From positions 1 through 32,435 of the forward strand of contig NZ_JAMONU010000128.1 of NCBI RefSeq assembly GCF_027066465.1: DNA of 32,435 bases, given 5' to 3'. Shown here piece after piece: positions 18,129-26,607 of the stretch (its first letter is position 1; the number at the start of each line of letters is the position of its first letter). Made by a program: the position numbers and the translations under genes. The stretch is from Thermococcus sp. (GTDB lineage: Archaea > Methanobacteriota_B > Thermococci > Thermococcales > Thermococcaceae). A model generated the notes under the pieces. The model saw only the letters and a program-made list of their open reading frames with translations, did no database searches and had not been told where the DNA came from.

Positions 18129-20252
18129 TCACTTGTACTTGCTCTCGAGCTGGAGCTGTTTGAGCTTCGCGGTCAGCCCTTTAACGGGCGCCCTGTCCTC
18201 GCTTATTATCTTCCCCGTTCTCGTGTCAATCCTCGCGTAGTAGAGGTGGTCCTTTCCGGCGACCTTTATGTGGACGTAGTTCTGCTCCTTGTAGTGGGTC
18301 AGCCTCTCGGTTCTCAGCTCGGTTTCGCCGTAAATCTTCCTTATGTGCTCGTGGAAGCTGTTCTCAAGTGCCACCTCCGTGAAGCGGACGTCCTCCTCCT
18401 TAACCTCGCCGGTCTTCCTGTCGAGGACGACCCTTCCAACCTTTGTGCTTCCCTGAAACTCGGCAACCCAGTCGTTTTCAAGCTTCAGCGACTTGAGTTC
18501 GGCGGTTTCATCTATCTCCTTGATTCTCTTCAGTGCAAGCTCCCTGGCGACGTCTTCCTTCAGAACCCTGTCCGTTTCCTCAATCAGCTTGCCGTCCTTG
18601 CTGACCCGGACCGTGACCCGGTACCTGTCGTTCTCGGCCCCCACCACGTAGGAAGCGTCCCCTTCCTTTACGCTCCTGACTTCAAAGTCCGGGTACTTTT
18701 CCTTCACGAGTTCTTTGGCCTTTTCGGGCGTTATCTCAACAACGTAGTCCAGGACGTCCCTGGTTGAGCCGTCTATTTTGACGACCGCTTTCCCGCCCTC
18801 CCCCTCGAGTTCAAGCTCGAGGAACTTGTGCTCTATAACCCTGCTTGAGGTTAGCCTCAGTCCTTTTACGGGGAAGTTCCCCTCGACGACCTTCTTTGCG
18901 TTCTCAACGGCTTCCTCGGGCGACGGCAGTTTCCGGACTTCCCGAAGTTTCCCGTCTTCAAGGCTGACCTCGAGGACTGCTATGCCGTCCGGAACCTCGA
19001 CCTCGACGACGGCGACTTTCTTGCCCTTTTCAATTCCAAGGATTCTGCCGCTGGGATACTCCGATTCAATCAGCTCCCTAAGGGCTTCGTCGGTGAGCAG
19101 TGTTTCAGCCCTGAGCGTCTCTCCCGTGTAGGCGTTGAACTTGAAGTCGAACGTAAAGCGGTGCGTCCTGCCGGAGACCCTGACCTTCCACTCATCTCTT
19201 TCGGTCTTTATCTCTTCAGGCTCTTCTCCGAGCTTTTCCCGTAGGTACCTCTTAACCCTCTCCGTGAAGTGCTCCTCAGGGAGGGGGTTCAGCTCAAGCT
19301 CGACCTTCTCACTCACCGGTTCAACGGCCGCCGTACCTCTGTTCCTCCCGACCTTCAGCCTGACCTCAACCCTCTCGGGGACGTAGACCTTCTTCCTGTC
19401 GTGAATCCTGATTAAACTCTCGGGAACGTTCAGCTCCTTTGATAGGGCTTCCTTCAGAACGACTACGGATTCGCTCGGGCTTATTCTGTTCAGTATTTCC
19501 CTGTCAGTTGCTTTAATCTTCGAGCTGTCGTTTAGGAGTGCCTTCTTGACCGGGGTGCTGAGTTCCTGACTTGAGGAGGCCCTTGTGACGAGTTTGTCCT
19601 TCGAGAAAACAACGGCCTTGTCTTTTTCCTCCCTTCCCTCAACGGACCACGATAGTATGTACGCGCTCGAGAGGAAGACCTTAATCTCCTCCGGCTTCAG
19701 CTCGTTTCCCTTTACGGGGTACTTTCCCCTGGCTTCCCTGATTATCAGCTTCATAACGCCCTCAGGGGAGAAGTCGTAGAGCAGCGGCGCGTCGAGTTCA
19801 AACTCCTTGAGGGGGCTTTCCTCCTCGTCCTTTTCATCCCTAACCTCTATTTTTGGGGCCTCGATTCCATAGTTCGTGAACAGGGACACGAGCTTCTCGG
19901 CGTCCCAGAGGACTATCCTCCCCCTGTAGTTCCTCACCGTTACGGTTCTGGCGTCCTTTGTGAATCCAACGGGAGAAACGAGTATTCCCCTGTCGGCTTT
20001 GTGCTTGTCCACTATGTCCGCAAAAACGTTAACGTCCTTTGATGACACCAAACCGCCTTCGTGAACCCTTATTACAACCTTTTCCATACCCGCTATCGGG
20101 TCCTCGCGTATGGCCATTACGTCTATCCCCCACCTCGCCCTGTTCTGGACGCGCTCGTAGTCCCTGAACCCCATTCGCTTTAGAAGCTCTACAATGCTGT
20201 CGATGAGAGTTTCTCTGGGCAGATTCCTTATTAGAGCCTCCTCCCACGGCAT
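18129..20252 (-). CDS. Mrr-like (restriction endonuclease fold) domain fused to tandem PepSY-like repeats
   Basis: N-terminal ELLKRMGF..GIDVMA..GILVSPVGFTKDA..IVLWDAEKL fits Mrr_cat. Repeats end in motifs such as FNAYTGETL, IDGSTRDVL, LDRKTGEV and IDTRTGKII. ATG 20252 with GGGTGAG RBS. Confidence 0.8.
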   Translation of the reverse strand: MPWEEALIRNLPRETLIDSIVELLKRMGFRDYERVQNRARWGIDVMAIREDPIAGMEKVVIRVHEGGLVSSKDVNVFADIVDKHKADRGILVSPVGFTKDARTVTVRNYRGRIVLWDAEKLVSLFTNYGIEAPKIEVRDEKDEEESPLKEFELDAPLLYDFSPEGVMKLIIREARGKYPVKGNELKPEEIKVFLSSAYILSWSVEGREEKDKAVVFSKDKLVTRASSSQELSTPVKKALLNDSSKIKATDREILNRISPSESVVVLKEALSKELNVPESLIRIHDRKKVYVPERVEVRLKVGRNRGTAAVEPVSEKVELELNPLPEEHFTERVKRYLREKLGEEPEEIKTERDEWKVRVSGRTHRFTFDFKFNAYTGETLRAETLLTDEALRELIESEYPSGRILGIEKGKKVAVVEVEVPDGIAVLEVSLEDGKLREVRKLPSPEEAVENAKKVVEGNFPVKGLRLTSSRVIEHKFLELELEGEGGKAVVKIDGSTRDVLDYVVEITPEKAKELVKEKYPDFEVRSVKEGDASYVVGAENDRYRVTVRVSKDGKLIEETDRVLKEDVARELALKRIKEIDETAELKSLKLENDWVAEFQGSTKVGRVVLDRKTGEVKEEDVRFTEVALENSFHEHIRKIYGETELRTERLTHYKEQNYVHIKVAGKDHLYYARIDTRTGKIISEDRAPVKGLTAKLKQLQLESKYK

Positions 20253-20276
20253 TTTGCTCACCCATTGCATCAAATT

Positions 20277-20298
20277 TAAGCGGTAACCGCTTATAAAA
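20277..20298 (-). promoter_or_regulatory. TATA box and 17-bp palindrome upstream of the Mrr-like gene
   Basis: TAAGCGGT-A-ACCGCTTA (20277-20293) overlaps the end of minus-strand TTTTATAA (20298-20291). Confidence 0.6.
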
Positions 20299-20379
20299 AT
20301 CTCCTTTGTTTGAGGTTTCAAATTTGGTGTCCAAATAAGCTTTATTAATGCTTCCGTTTAACACGGTTTCGGTGATGCG

Positions 20380-21609
20380 ATGTTCAGGCTCACGGACTTC
20401 AACTTTCACGGCAAAACTGTTTTTCTGAGGGCCGATTTAAATTCCCCTGTGGAGGACGGCAGGATTACGAGCGACGCGCGCTTTAGAGCGGTTCTGCCAA
20501 CGGTGAGGCACCTTGTCGAAGACGGGGCGAAGGTCGTAATCGGAACCCACCAGAGCAGACCCTACAAGGGCGACTACATAACGACGGAGCAGCACGCCCA
20601 AATCCTCGGTGAGCTTCTCGGCCAGGACGTCGAGTACGTTGAGGACGTGTTCGGAAAGCTTGCCAGGGATAGAATAAGGTCTCTCAAACCGGGCGAGGTT
20701 CTCATGCTTGAAAACCTCCGCTTCTCAGCGGAGGAGGTCTTTTACAAGCCCCTTGAGGAGTGTGAGAAGACATTCTTCGTGAGAAAACTTGCCCCGCTCA
20801 TAGACTACGTCGTCAACGACGCCTTCGCCGCAGCCCATAGAAGCCAGCCCTCTCTCGTTGGCTTCGCCCGGCTGAAGCCTATGGTGATGGGATACCTCAT
20901 GGAGAAGGAAATCAACGCCTTAACCAGGGCATACGAGAGCGAGGAGAGGCCGAGGGTTTACGTGCTCGGCGGTGCGAAGGTTGATGACTCGCTCAGAGTT
21001 GCCGAAAACGTCCTGAGGAAGGGAAGGGCTGATCTAATCCTCACAGGTGGCCTCGTCGGCCACGTGTTTACCCTCGCTAAGGGCTTCAACCTTGGAGATG
21101 CCAACCTTGAGTTCATGGAAAAGAAGGGCCTCCTTGAACTGGTTGACTGGGCGGAAAAAATACTCGACGATTTCTACCCCTACGTGAGAACCCCCGTTGA
21201 TTTCGCCGTTGACCGCGATGGTGAGCGCGTTGAGGTTGACCTGCTGAGCGACGAGAAGTGGCTCTTCGACCGCTATTTAATACTCGACATAGGCTCCCGG
21301 ACTGTGGAGAAGTACCGCGAGATTCTTCTGAAGGCAAAAATCATAGTTGCCAACGGCCCGATGGGCGTCTTCGAAAGAGAAGAGTTCGCGGTCGGAACGG
21401 TGGGCGTTTTCAGGGCGATAGCCGAGAGTCCGGCTTTCAGCGTCGTCGGAGGCGGCCACTCCATAGCGAGCATCTACAGGTACAACATAAAGGGAATAAG
21501 CCACATATCCACGGGCGGCGGGGCAATGCTCAGCTTCTTCGCCGGGGAGAAGCTGCCGGTCCTCGATGCGCTGAGGATAAGCTACGAGAAGTTCTCTAAC
21601 CGAGGGTAG
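20380..21609 (+). CDS. pgk: Phosphoglycerate kinase
   Basis: LRADLNSP, HQSRP, LENLRF, VNDAFAAAHR, GGAKV, NGPMGVFE, GGGH, HISTGGGA. Confidence 0.97.
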   Translation: MFRLTDFNFHGKTVFLRADLNSPVEDGRITSDARFRAVLPTVRHLVEDGAKVVIGTHQSRPYKGDYITTEQHAQILGELLGQDVEYVEDVFGKLARDRIRSLKPGEVLMLENLRFSAEEVFYKPLEECEKTFFVRKLAPLIDYVVNDAFAAAHRSQPSLVGFARLKPMVMGYLMEKEINALTRAYESEERPRVYVLGGAKVDDSLRVAENVLRKGRADLILTGGLVGHVFTLAKGFNLGDANLEFMEKKGLLELVDWAEKILDDFYPYVRTPVDFAVDRDGERVEVDLLSDEKWLFDRYLILDIGSRTVEKYREILLKAKIIVANGPMGVFEREEFAVGTVGVFRAIAESPAFSVVGGGHSIASIYRYNIKGISHISTGGGAMLSFFAGEKLPVLDALRISYEKFSNRG

Positions 21610-22360
21610 CCCTCCTGAAGCCGAATGCGGCTATCCCGTTGAACAGCACCGCGAGGAGGAGCAGGACACCCCAGTCGGTTGCGAGGCTGAATGTGGGCGC
21701 GACACCTGCAAGGTAGTAGCGCGTTCCGTCAACGGCGTAGGTTAGGGGGTTCACCTTGGCCAGCCACTGCATCCAGCCTGGCATCGTCGAGACCGGGTAG
21801 AACGCACCGCTCAGGAACGTCATCGGGAGGAGGAGCATCATTATGACCATCTGAAAGCCCTCCATACTGCTCATCTTGAGGGCTATGGCAACGCCCATTC
21901 CTGCAGTCGCCAGTCCCAGGAGGAACGAGAGTCCGAGGGAGGGGATTATCCCGGAAACTCTCAGACTTGCCAGCGCGAAGCTCAGGGCTAGTATGATTAC
22001 CCCCTGAATCATCGCCACCATCGCTCCCCCGGTCGTTCTGCCGACTATGGCCTCGGTTCTGCTCGCTGGAGCCACGAGAATCTCCTTGAGGAAGCCGAAC
22101 TGCCTGTCCCAGATGAGCGTGATTCCCTGCATGAAGCTCATGTTGAAGACGGTCATCACGATGATTCCGGGCACGAGGTAGGTCATGTAGTCAACGCCCC
22201 CGAAGAGCTGGCGCGCCATCGGGTTGTTGAAGACCCCGGCCCAGCCCTTGCCGAAGAACACCAGCCATATCAGCGGGTTGATTACGCTCCCGATTACCCT
22301 CGCCCTCGAGCGGGAGAACCGCTTGAGCTCCCTGTAAACCATCGTCGCGAAGACCCTCAT
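21596..22360 (-). CDS. ABC-2 (DrrB-like) exporter permease
   Basis: YLVPGI, DRQFGFLKEILVAP, FLSGAFYP, NPLTYAVDG. Confidence 0.93.
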   Translation of the reverse strand: MRVFATMVYRELKRFSRSRARVIGSVINPLIWLVFFGKGWAGVFNNPMARQLFGGVDYMTYLVPGIIVMTVFNMSFMQGITLIWDRQFGFLKEILVAPASRTEAIVGRTTGGAMVAMIQGVIILALSFALASLRVSGIIPSLGLSFLLGLATAGMGVAIALKMSSMEGFQMVIMMLLLPMTFLSGAFYPVSTMPGWMQWLAKVNPLTYAVDGTRYYLAGVAPTFSLATDWGVLLLLAVLFNGIAAFGFRRATLG

Positions 22361-23331
22361 CTCATCCTCCCCCAGAGTCTCATGGCGCTTTTCACGGGCT
22401 TCTCTTCGCCCTCCCTAATCTCCCTGCCGGTGAGATGGAGGAACACGTCGTTCAGGGTCGGCCTGTGGTAGGTAACCTCGAGGATTCTTAAGCCGAGCTC
22501 TTTGGCCCTCTCGAAGAGCTTCGGTAGCGCCTCTGAGGCGTTCTCGACGTCGAACCTCACCCTTCCATCGGGAAGGACCTTACAGCCCTTCAGGAAGTCC
22601 GCCTCCATGCACTCCGCCTTCCCCTCGAACCTCACGTAGATTACGTCGTTGCCGACCAGCCTCTTGAGTTCTTCAGCGGTCCCCTCTGCTATAATCCTCC
22701 CCCTGTCCATTATCGCTATCCTGTCCGCTAAAAGTTCGGCCTCCTCCATGTAGTGGGTCGTCAGAAATATGGTTACGCCCCTCTCCTCGCGCATGGTTCT
22801 TATGTAGTCCCAGATGTGCGCCCTCGTCTGGGGGTCGAGGCCTATCGTCGGCTCGTCGAGGAAGAGAACCTCCGGCTCGTGGAGGAGCGCCCTCGCTATC
22901 TCGAAGCGCCTCTGCATTCCGCCGGAGAAGAACTTGAGCGGTCTGTCCCTGAACTCCCACAGCTCGACGAAGCGGAGCAGTTCCTCGCCCCTCTCCTTAA
23001 TCTCCTCCCGGCTCAGGCCGTATATCATGCCGTGAATCAGGAGGTTCTCCCAGGCGGTGAGTTCCCTGTCCACGCTCGGCTCCTGAAACACTATCCCTAT
23101 TCGCTTCCTGACCTCGTCGGGTTCTTTGAGAACGTCGTGACCTGCAACCACGGCCCTTCCAGAGGTTGGCCTGAGTAAGGTCGTGAGCACGTGAACCGTC
23201 GTCGTCTTTCCGGCCCCGTTCGGCCCGAGGAAGGCGAATATCTCGCCCTTCTTAACCCGAAAGCTTATCCCCCTGACTGCCTCAAAATCGCCGTACTTCT
23301 TGACGAGGTTCTCGACGACTATGGCATCCAT
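22357..23331 (-). CDS. ABC-2 (DrrA-like) exporter ATP-binding protein
   Basis: GPNGAGKT, FSGGMQRR, FLDEPTIGLDPQ, TTHYMEEA, PTLNDVFLHLTG. Confidence 0.95.
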   Translation of the reverse strand: MDAIVVENLVKKYGDFEAVRGISFRVKKGEIFAFLGPNGAGKTTTVHVLTTLLRPTSGRAVVAGHDVLKEPDEVRKRIGIVFQEPSVDRELTAWENLLIHGMIYGLSREEIKERGEELLRFVELWEFRDRPLKFFSGGMQRRFEIARALLHEPEVLFLDEPTIGLDPQTRAHIWDYIRTMREERGVTIFLTTHYMEEAELLADRIAIMDRGRIIAEGTAEELKRLVGNDVIYVRFEGKAECMEADFLKGCKVLPDGRVRFDVENASEALPKLFERAKELGLRILEVTYHRPTLNDVFLHLTGREIREGEEKPVKSAMRLWGRMR

Positions 23332-23759
23332 CAGACCACCCCGTACTTTTCCGGCCAGTTGTTGCGCTTGAACCTCTCGCCGTGCTCCTTGCGAAAGACG
23401 AACTTGAGGCCGTACCTCTTCTTGAAGGGCAGTTTCAGGGTGTTGTAGAGCAGAACGAGGGTAGGATGCCTGACGGGCTTATCAGCGGGCCTCAGCGCTC
23501 CGGTCGGGCAGGCCTGGACGCAGATGTAGCACTTCTTGCAGTTCTCTGGGTGCGCCATGAAGGGCCTGAGCCTCACCTTGTACTTCACCCCGAAGAGGCT
23601 CACCTTCATCGGGACGACTTCCCAGATTTTATCGCTGAAGGGACAGACGAAGATGCACTCGTCGCCCCCGCCGCATATGGGGTAGTGTATCACGAGCGGG
23701 GCCGTTTCCTTCATTTTCTCGTGGTACTCCTTCCAGTCAGGTGCCCCCACTTCAACCAC
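23331..23759 (-). CDS. 4Fe-4S dicluster (ferredoxin-like) protein
   Basis: CGGGDECIFVCP and CKKCYICVQACP motifs. GTG start at 23759 or 23750. Overlaps or abuts both neighbours. Confidence 0.85.
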   Translation of the reverse strand: MVEVGAPDWKEYHEKMKETAPLVIHYPICGGGDECIFVCPFSDKIWEVVPMKVSLFGVKYKVRLRPFMAHPENCKKCYICVQACPTGALRPADKPVRHPTLVLLYNTLKLPFKKRYGLKFVFRKEHGERFKRNNWPEKYGVV

Positions 23760-24198
23760 CCAGCAGAATCAGCCTTATCCTCCTCGCGCACTCTTTGAAC
23801 GCTTTCCTGACCTCTTGCCTCTGCCCGTCACTCAGCTCGTCAATCCTCCTGAACAGTTCCTTGAAGGCCTCCTTCAGCTCGTCACCGCCGAGTTCGAGGA
23901 ATGTCTTGTAGGCCCTGAGCTTTCTTTTTATCTCCTCGAGTTCATCCCGGTGCTCCTCAAGGTATCTAAGACCCTTGTCCGTGATTCGGTAGCTCTTCCT
24001 GTCTCTTTCCCCGGTCTCCACGACCTCGATAAGCCCGCTCCTCTTCAGGGAGGCGAGGATGGGATAAACCGTCCCCGCGCTGAGCTTTATTCCGTAAAGC
24101 TCCTCCATCTCTGCCATAATCCCGTAGCCGTGGTTCGGCTCCTTCAACAGCTCAAGGATTACGAGCTTGAAGGCTCCTTTGACGTAGGGCTTTTCCAT
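23752..24198 (-). CDS. PadR-family transcriptional regulator
   Basis: ILELLKEPNHGYGIM, SAGTVYPILASL, RKSYRITDKG. ATG 24198 with AGGTGG RBS. Confidence 0.92.
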   Translation of the reverse strand: MEKPYVKGAFKLVILELLKEPNHGYGIMAEMEELYGIKLSAGTVYPILASLKRSGLIEVVETGERDRKSYRITDKGLRYLEEHRDELEEIKRKLRAYKTFLELGGDELKEAFKELFRRIDELSDGQRQEVRKAFKECARRIRLILLGG

Positions 24199-24207
24199 GC
24201 CACCACC

Positions 24208-24257
24208 TGATATATCGAACGACATATCGTTTAAAAGATTTTTGGAATGTTTTTAAA
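24208..24257. promoter_or_regulatory. Divergent padR/chitinase promoters with tandem pseudo-palindromes
   Basis: TGATATATCG (24208-24217) and CGACATATCG (24220-24229) lie just downstream of the minus-strand TTTTAAA (24236-24230). Plus-strand TTTTTAAA at 24250-24257. Confidence 0.6.
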
Positions 24258-24286
24258 GGCGGAGGGTGGAGTGATAGGGGATGTCG

Positions 24287-25444
24287 ATGAAGGGGAGGGT
24301 TGCCGTAGTCTTCCTGTTTATCACGGCAGTCGCAGTTGCTCCGGCGCTGGCGACCAACTTCACGGTGAGCGTTTACTACCCCTCCTGGGCGCTCTACGAC
24401 GGCTTCAGCCCCTCTTGGATTCCGCTCGATAACGTCAGCATCGTCGTCTACGCCTTCCTCCGGCCCCTTGCGAACGGAACGGTGGTCTTCGGAGACCCAT
24501 ACGCGGATGGGATTAACCTTGAGGAGCTCCATAAGCTCAAACAGAGCCATCCCGGAGTTAAGTTCCTCGTGAGCGTGGGCGGTTGGACTTTCAGCGGGAA
24601 CTTTTCGAAGTTCGCCTCCTCCAGAGCCGGAAGGCGGGCCTTCGCGGAGAGCGTTCTTGCAATCCTCAGGGAATACGACCTCGACGGCGTTGACATCGAC
24701 TGGGAGTTCCCCTGCTGGGTTCCCAACGGCGGCGAGGAGTTTCTGACGCTCGTCCAAACGCTCAGGGAGACGCTCGGGGAGGAATACACAATAACCGTAA
24801 CCGCGCCGGCCGACGCGGATACAGCCTCGTGCGTTGACTGGGAGAAGGTCAGCGGTCTCGTGGACTACATCGGCTTGATGACCTATGATTACGCCGGCCC
24901 CTGGCTGAACTTCACCTACTTCAACGCCCCTCTCTATGGCGTCGGGCCGGGAAGCGTCAACAGGACGGTTAGCTGGTACCTCAAGATTGTTCCCGCGGGG
25001 AAGCTCCTCCTCGGGATTCCCTTCTACGGAAGGGCCTTCACCGGCGTTCCCGCGAGGAACTTCGGCCTCTACCAGAGCTTTGAAAACGCGACCGATGAAA
25101 TTCCTTACTCTTCAGTTGTAAAGCTCATTGGAAACTGCTCCGTCCTCTGGAGCGAAAGGTCAGAGGTTCCCTGGGCATACTGCCTCAACGGGACTTTCCT
25201 GACCTACGACGACCCGAAGAGCGTTGCGGAGAAGACCCGCTACGCCCTCGCAAAGGGCCTCGGAGGGGTTATGGTCTGGCAGATAACGGAGGACGTTGTA
25301 AAAGGCAGGCATGTTCTGCTTGGGGCGATAGTGAAGGAAATAAGGGCATACGGTGAACAGAATATAAGGACCGAGCACCAAGAGAAATGCCGTCCTCACG
25401 TCGTTTTCTGGGTTCTCGCCCGCTTTTGGGGGGAAGTTCTCTAA
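24287..25444 (+). CDS. Secreted glycoside hydrolase family 18 (chitinase-like), single catalytic domain
   Basis: Signal peptide, SVGGWT, catalytic DGVDIDWEFP (DxDxE), MTYDY, LGIPFYGR, YDDPKS, GLGGVMVW. Start is 24287 or 24281. Confidence 0.92.
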   Translation: MKGRVAVVFLFITAVAVAPALATNFTVSVYYPSWALYDGFSPSWIPLDNVSIVVYAFLRPLANGTVVFGDPYADGINLEELHKLKQSHPGVKFLVSVGGWTFSGNFSKFASSRAGRRAFAESVLAILREYDLDGVDIDWEFPCWVPNGGEEFLTLVQTLRETLGEEYTITVTAPADADTASCVDWEKVSGLVDYIGLMTYDYAGPWLNFTYFNAPLYGVGPGSVNRTVSWYLKIVPAGKLLLGIPFYGRAFTGVPARNFGLYQSFENATDEIPYSSVVKLIGNCSVLWSERSEVPWAYCLNGTFLTYDDPKSVAEKTRYALAKGLGGVMVWQITEDVVKGRHVLLGAIVKEIRAYGEQNIRTEHQEKCRPHVVFWVLARFWGEVL

Positions 25445-25488
25445 CGTTAACCTTTTCTTCTCCCGCTCAAACTTACTCCGGTGATTCC

Positions 25489-25917
25489 ATGAAGGTCGTT
25501 CTAAAACCGCTCTTCGAGGCTGAGCTTCCCGCTGGATTCGAGGAGATAATAAGGGAGAAGCTCAGGGGCAGGGAGCTGAAGACTGGAGAGACCATTGAGG
25601 TGGAGCTCCTCGGAAAACCTTTGCCCTTCAAGGTTCTCTTGGCCGAACCAAGCCCCCTGAAGGTGGACAAGGGCACAAAAATCGAGTTCTCCGCTGGAGA
25701 GGTCGAGGAGTTCACGCTCGAGTTCGAGAGTGAAGTAGAGGATGCAATTCCATTCGAGAAGGGGTTTGTCGTCGTTCTCGGAAGAGAGGTTCGAATCTAC
25801 AACTGGAGCGGGCAAAAGGTTTATAGCAGAGAGTTCGAGAACCTGAAAAAGGTTAGAGCCGCCGAGGGAAAGGTGGTGGTAGTGCATGGCAGGAAAATCA
25901 CGGTCGTTGAGCCTTGA
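25489..25917 (+). CDS. Protein with stand-alone CDC48 N-terminal subdomain-2-like domain
   Basis: N-half aligns by eye with the second N subdomain of the CDC48 in this window. ATG 25489 with GGTGA RBS. Confidence 0.75.
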   Translation: MKVVLKPLFEAELPAGFEEIIREKLRGRELKTGETIEVELLGKPLPFKVLLAEPSPLKVDKGTKIEFSAGEVEEFTLEFESEVEDAIPFEKGFVVVLGREVRIYNWSGQKVYSREFENLKKVRAAEGKVVVVHGRKITVVEP

Positions 25918-26599
25918 GGGCTTCACTTTTAACGAAAGCTGGGAGGAGAAGAGGAAGAGGGCCGAAAAAATCGTTGAAATTCTCATGAAGACCCACCCGA
26001 GAGAGAAGCTCCTAATCGGCGACCCCTACAGGACGCTGGTTCACTGCATAATCTCGCAGAGAATGCGCGACGAAGTTACCTACCGCGTCTGGGAGGAGCT
26101 TTTTGAAAAGTACAAGGACATCGAGACGATAGCGAACACCCCGGTCGAGGAGATGCGCAAGTTCCTCAGGAAGAGGGGCGTCGGCCTCTGGAAGACGAAG
26201 GGCGAGTGGATTGTCAAAGCCTCTCGGATAATCCTTGAGAAGTACGGCGGGAAGGTTCCGGACGACATCAACGAGCTGATGAAACTGCCCGGCATAGGCC
26301 GGAAGTGCGCCAACATTGTCTTAGCTTATGGCTTCGGGAAGCAGGCCATTCCGGTGGATACGCACGTGAACAGGATAAGCAAGCGTCTCGGTCTGGCTCC
26401 GCCTGGGGTTCCCCCGGAGAAAGTCGAGGAGTACCTGATGGAGCTGATTCCAAAGGAGAAGTGGATTTACGTGAACCACGCTATGGTTGACCACGGGAGG
26501 AGCATATGCAAGCCGATAAGGCCGAAGTGCGAAAGCTGTCCGCTGAAGGAGCTGTGCCCCTACGCGAAGGGGCTCGTCAGGGACGAGGATATAAAATGA
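25886..26599 (+). CDS. nth: Endonuclease III (HhH-GPD DNA glycosylase/AP lyase)
   Basis: LPGIGRKCAN HhH with catalytic Lys, PVDTHV catalytic Asp, C-x6-C-x2-C-x5-C Fe-S motif. Confidence 0.95.
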   Translation: MAGKSRSLSLEGFTFNESWEEKRKRAEKIVEILMKTHPREKLLIGDPYRTLVHCIISQRMRDEVTYRVWEELFEKYKDIETIANTPVEEMRKFLRKRGVGLWKTKGEWIVKASRIILEKYGGKVPDDINELMKLPGIGRKCANIVLAYGFGKQAIPVDTHVNRISKRLGLAPPGVPPEKVEEYLMELIPKEKWIYVNHAMVDHGRSICKPIRPKCESCPLKELCPYAKGLVRDEDIK

Positions 26600-26607
26600 G
26601 AAAGAGG

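Noticed and set aside
18108-18170. CTGATGA C-box-like word at a gene end
   Set aside because: No D box (CTGA) at a suitable distance.
21596-21609. 14-nt convergent overlap of pgk and the ABC permease
   Set aside because: Short tail-to-tail overlaps are routine in compact Thermococcales genomes.
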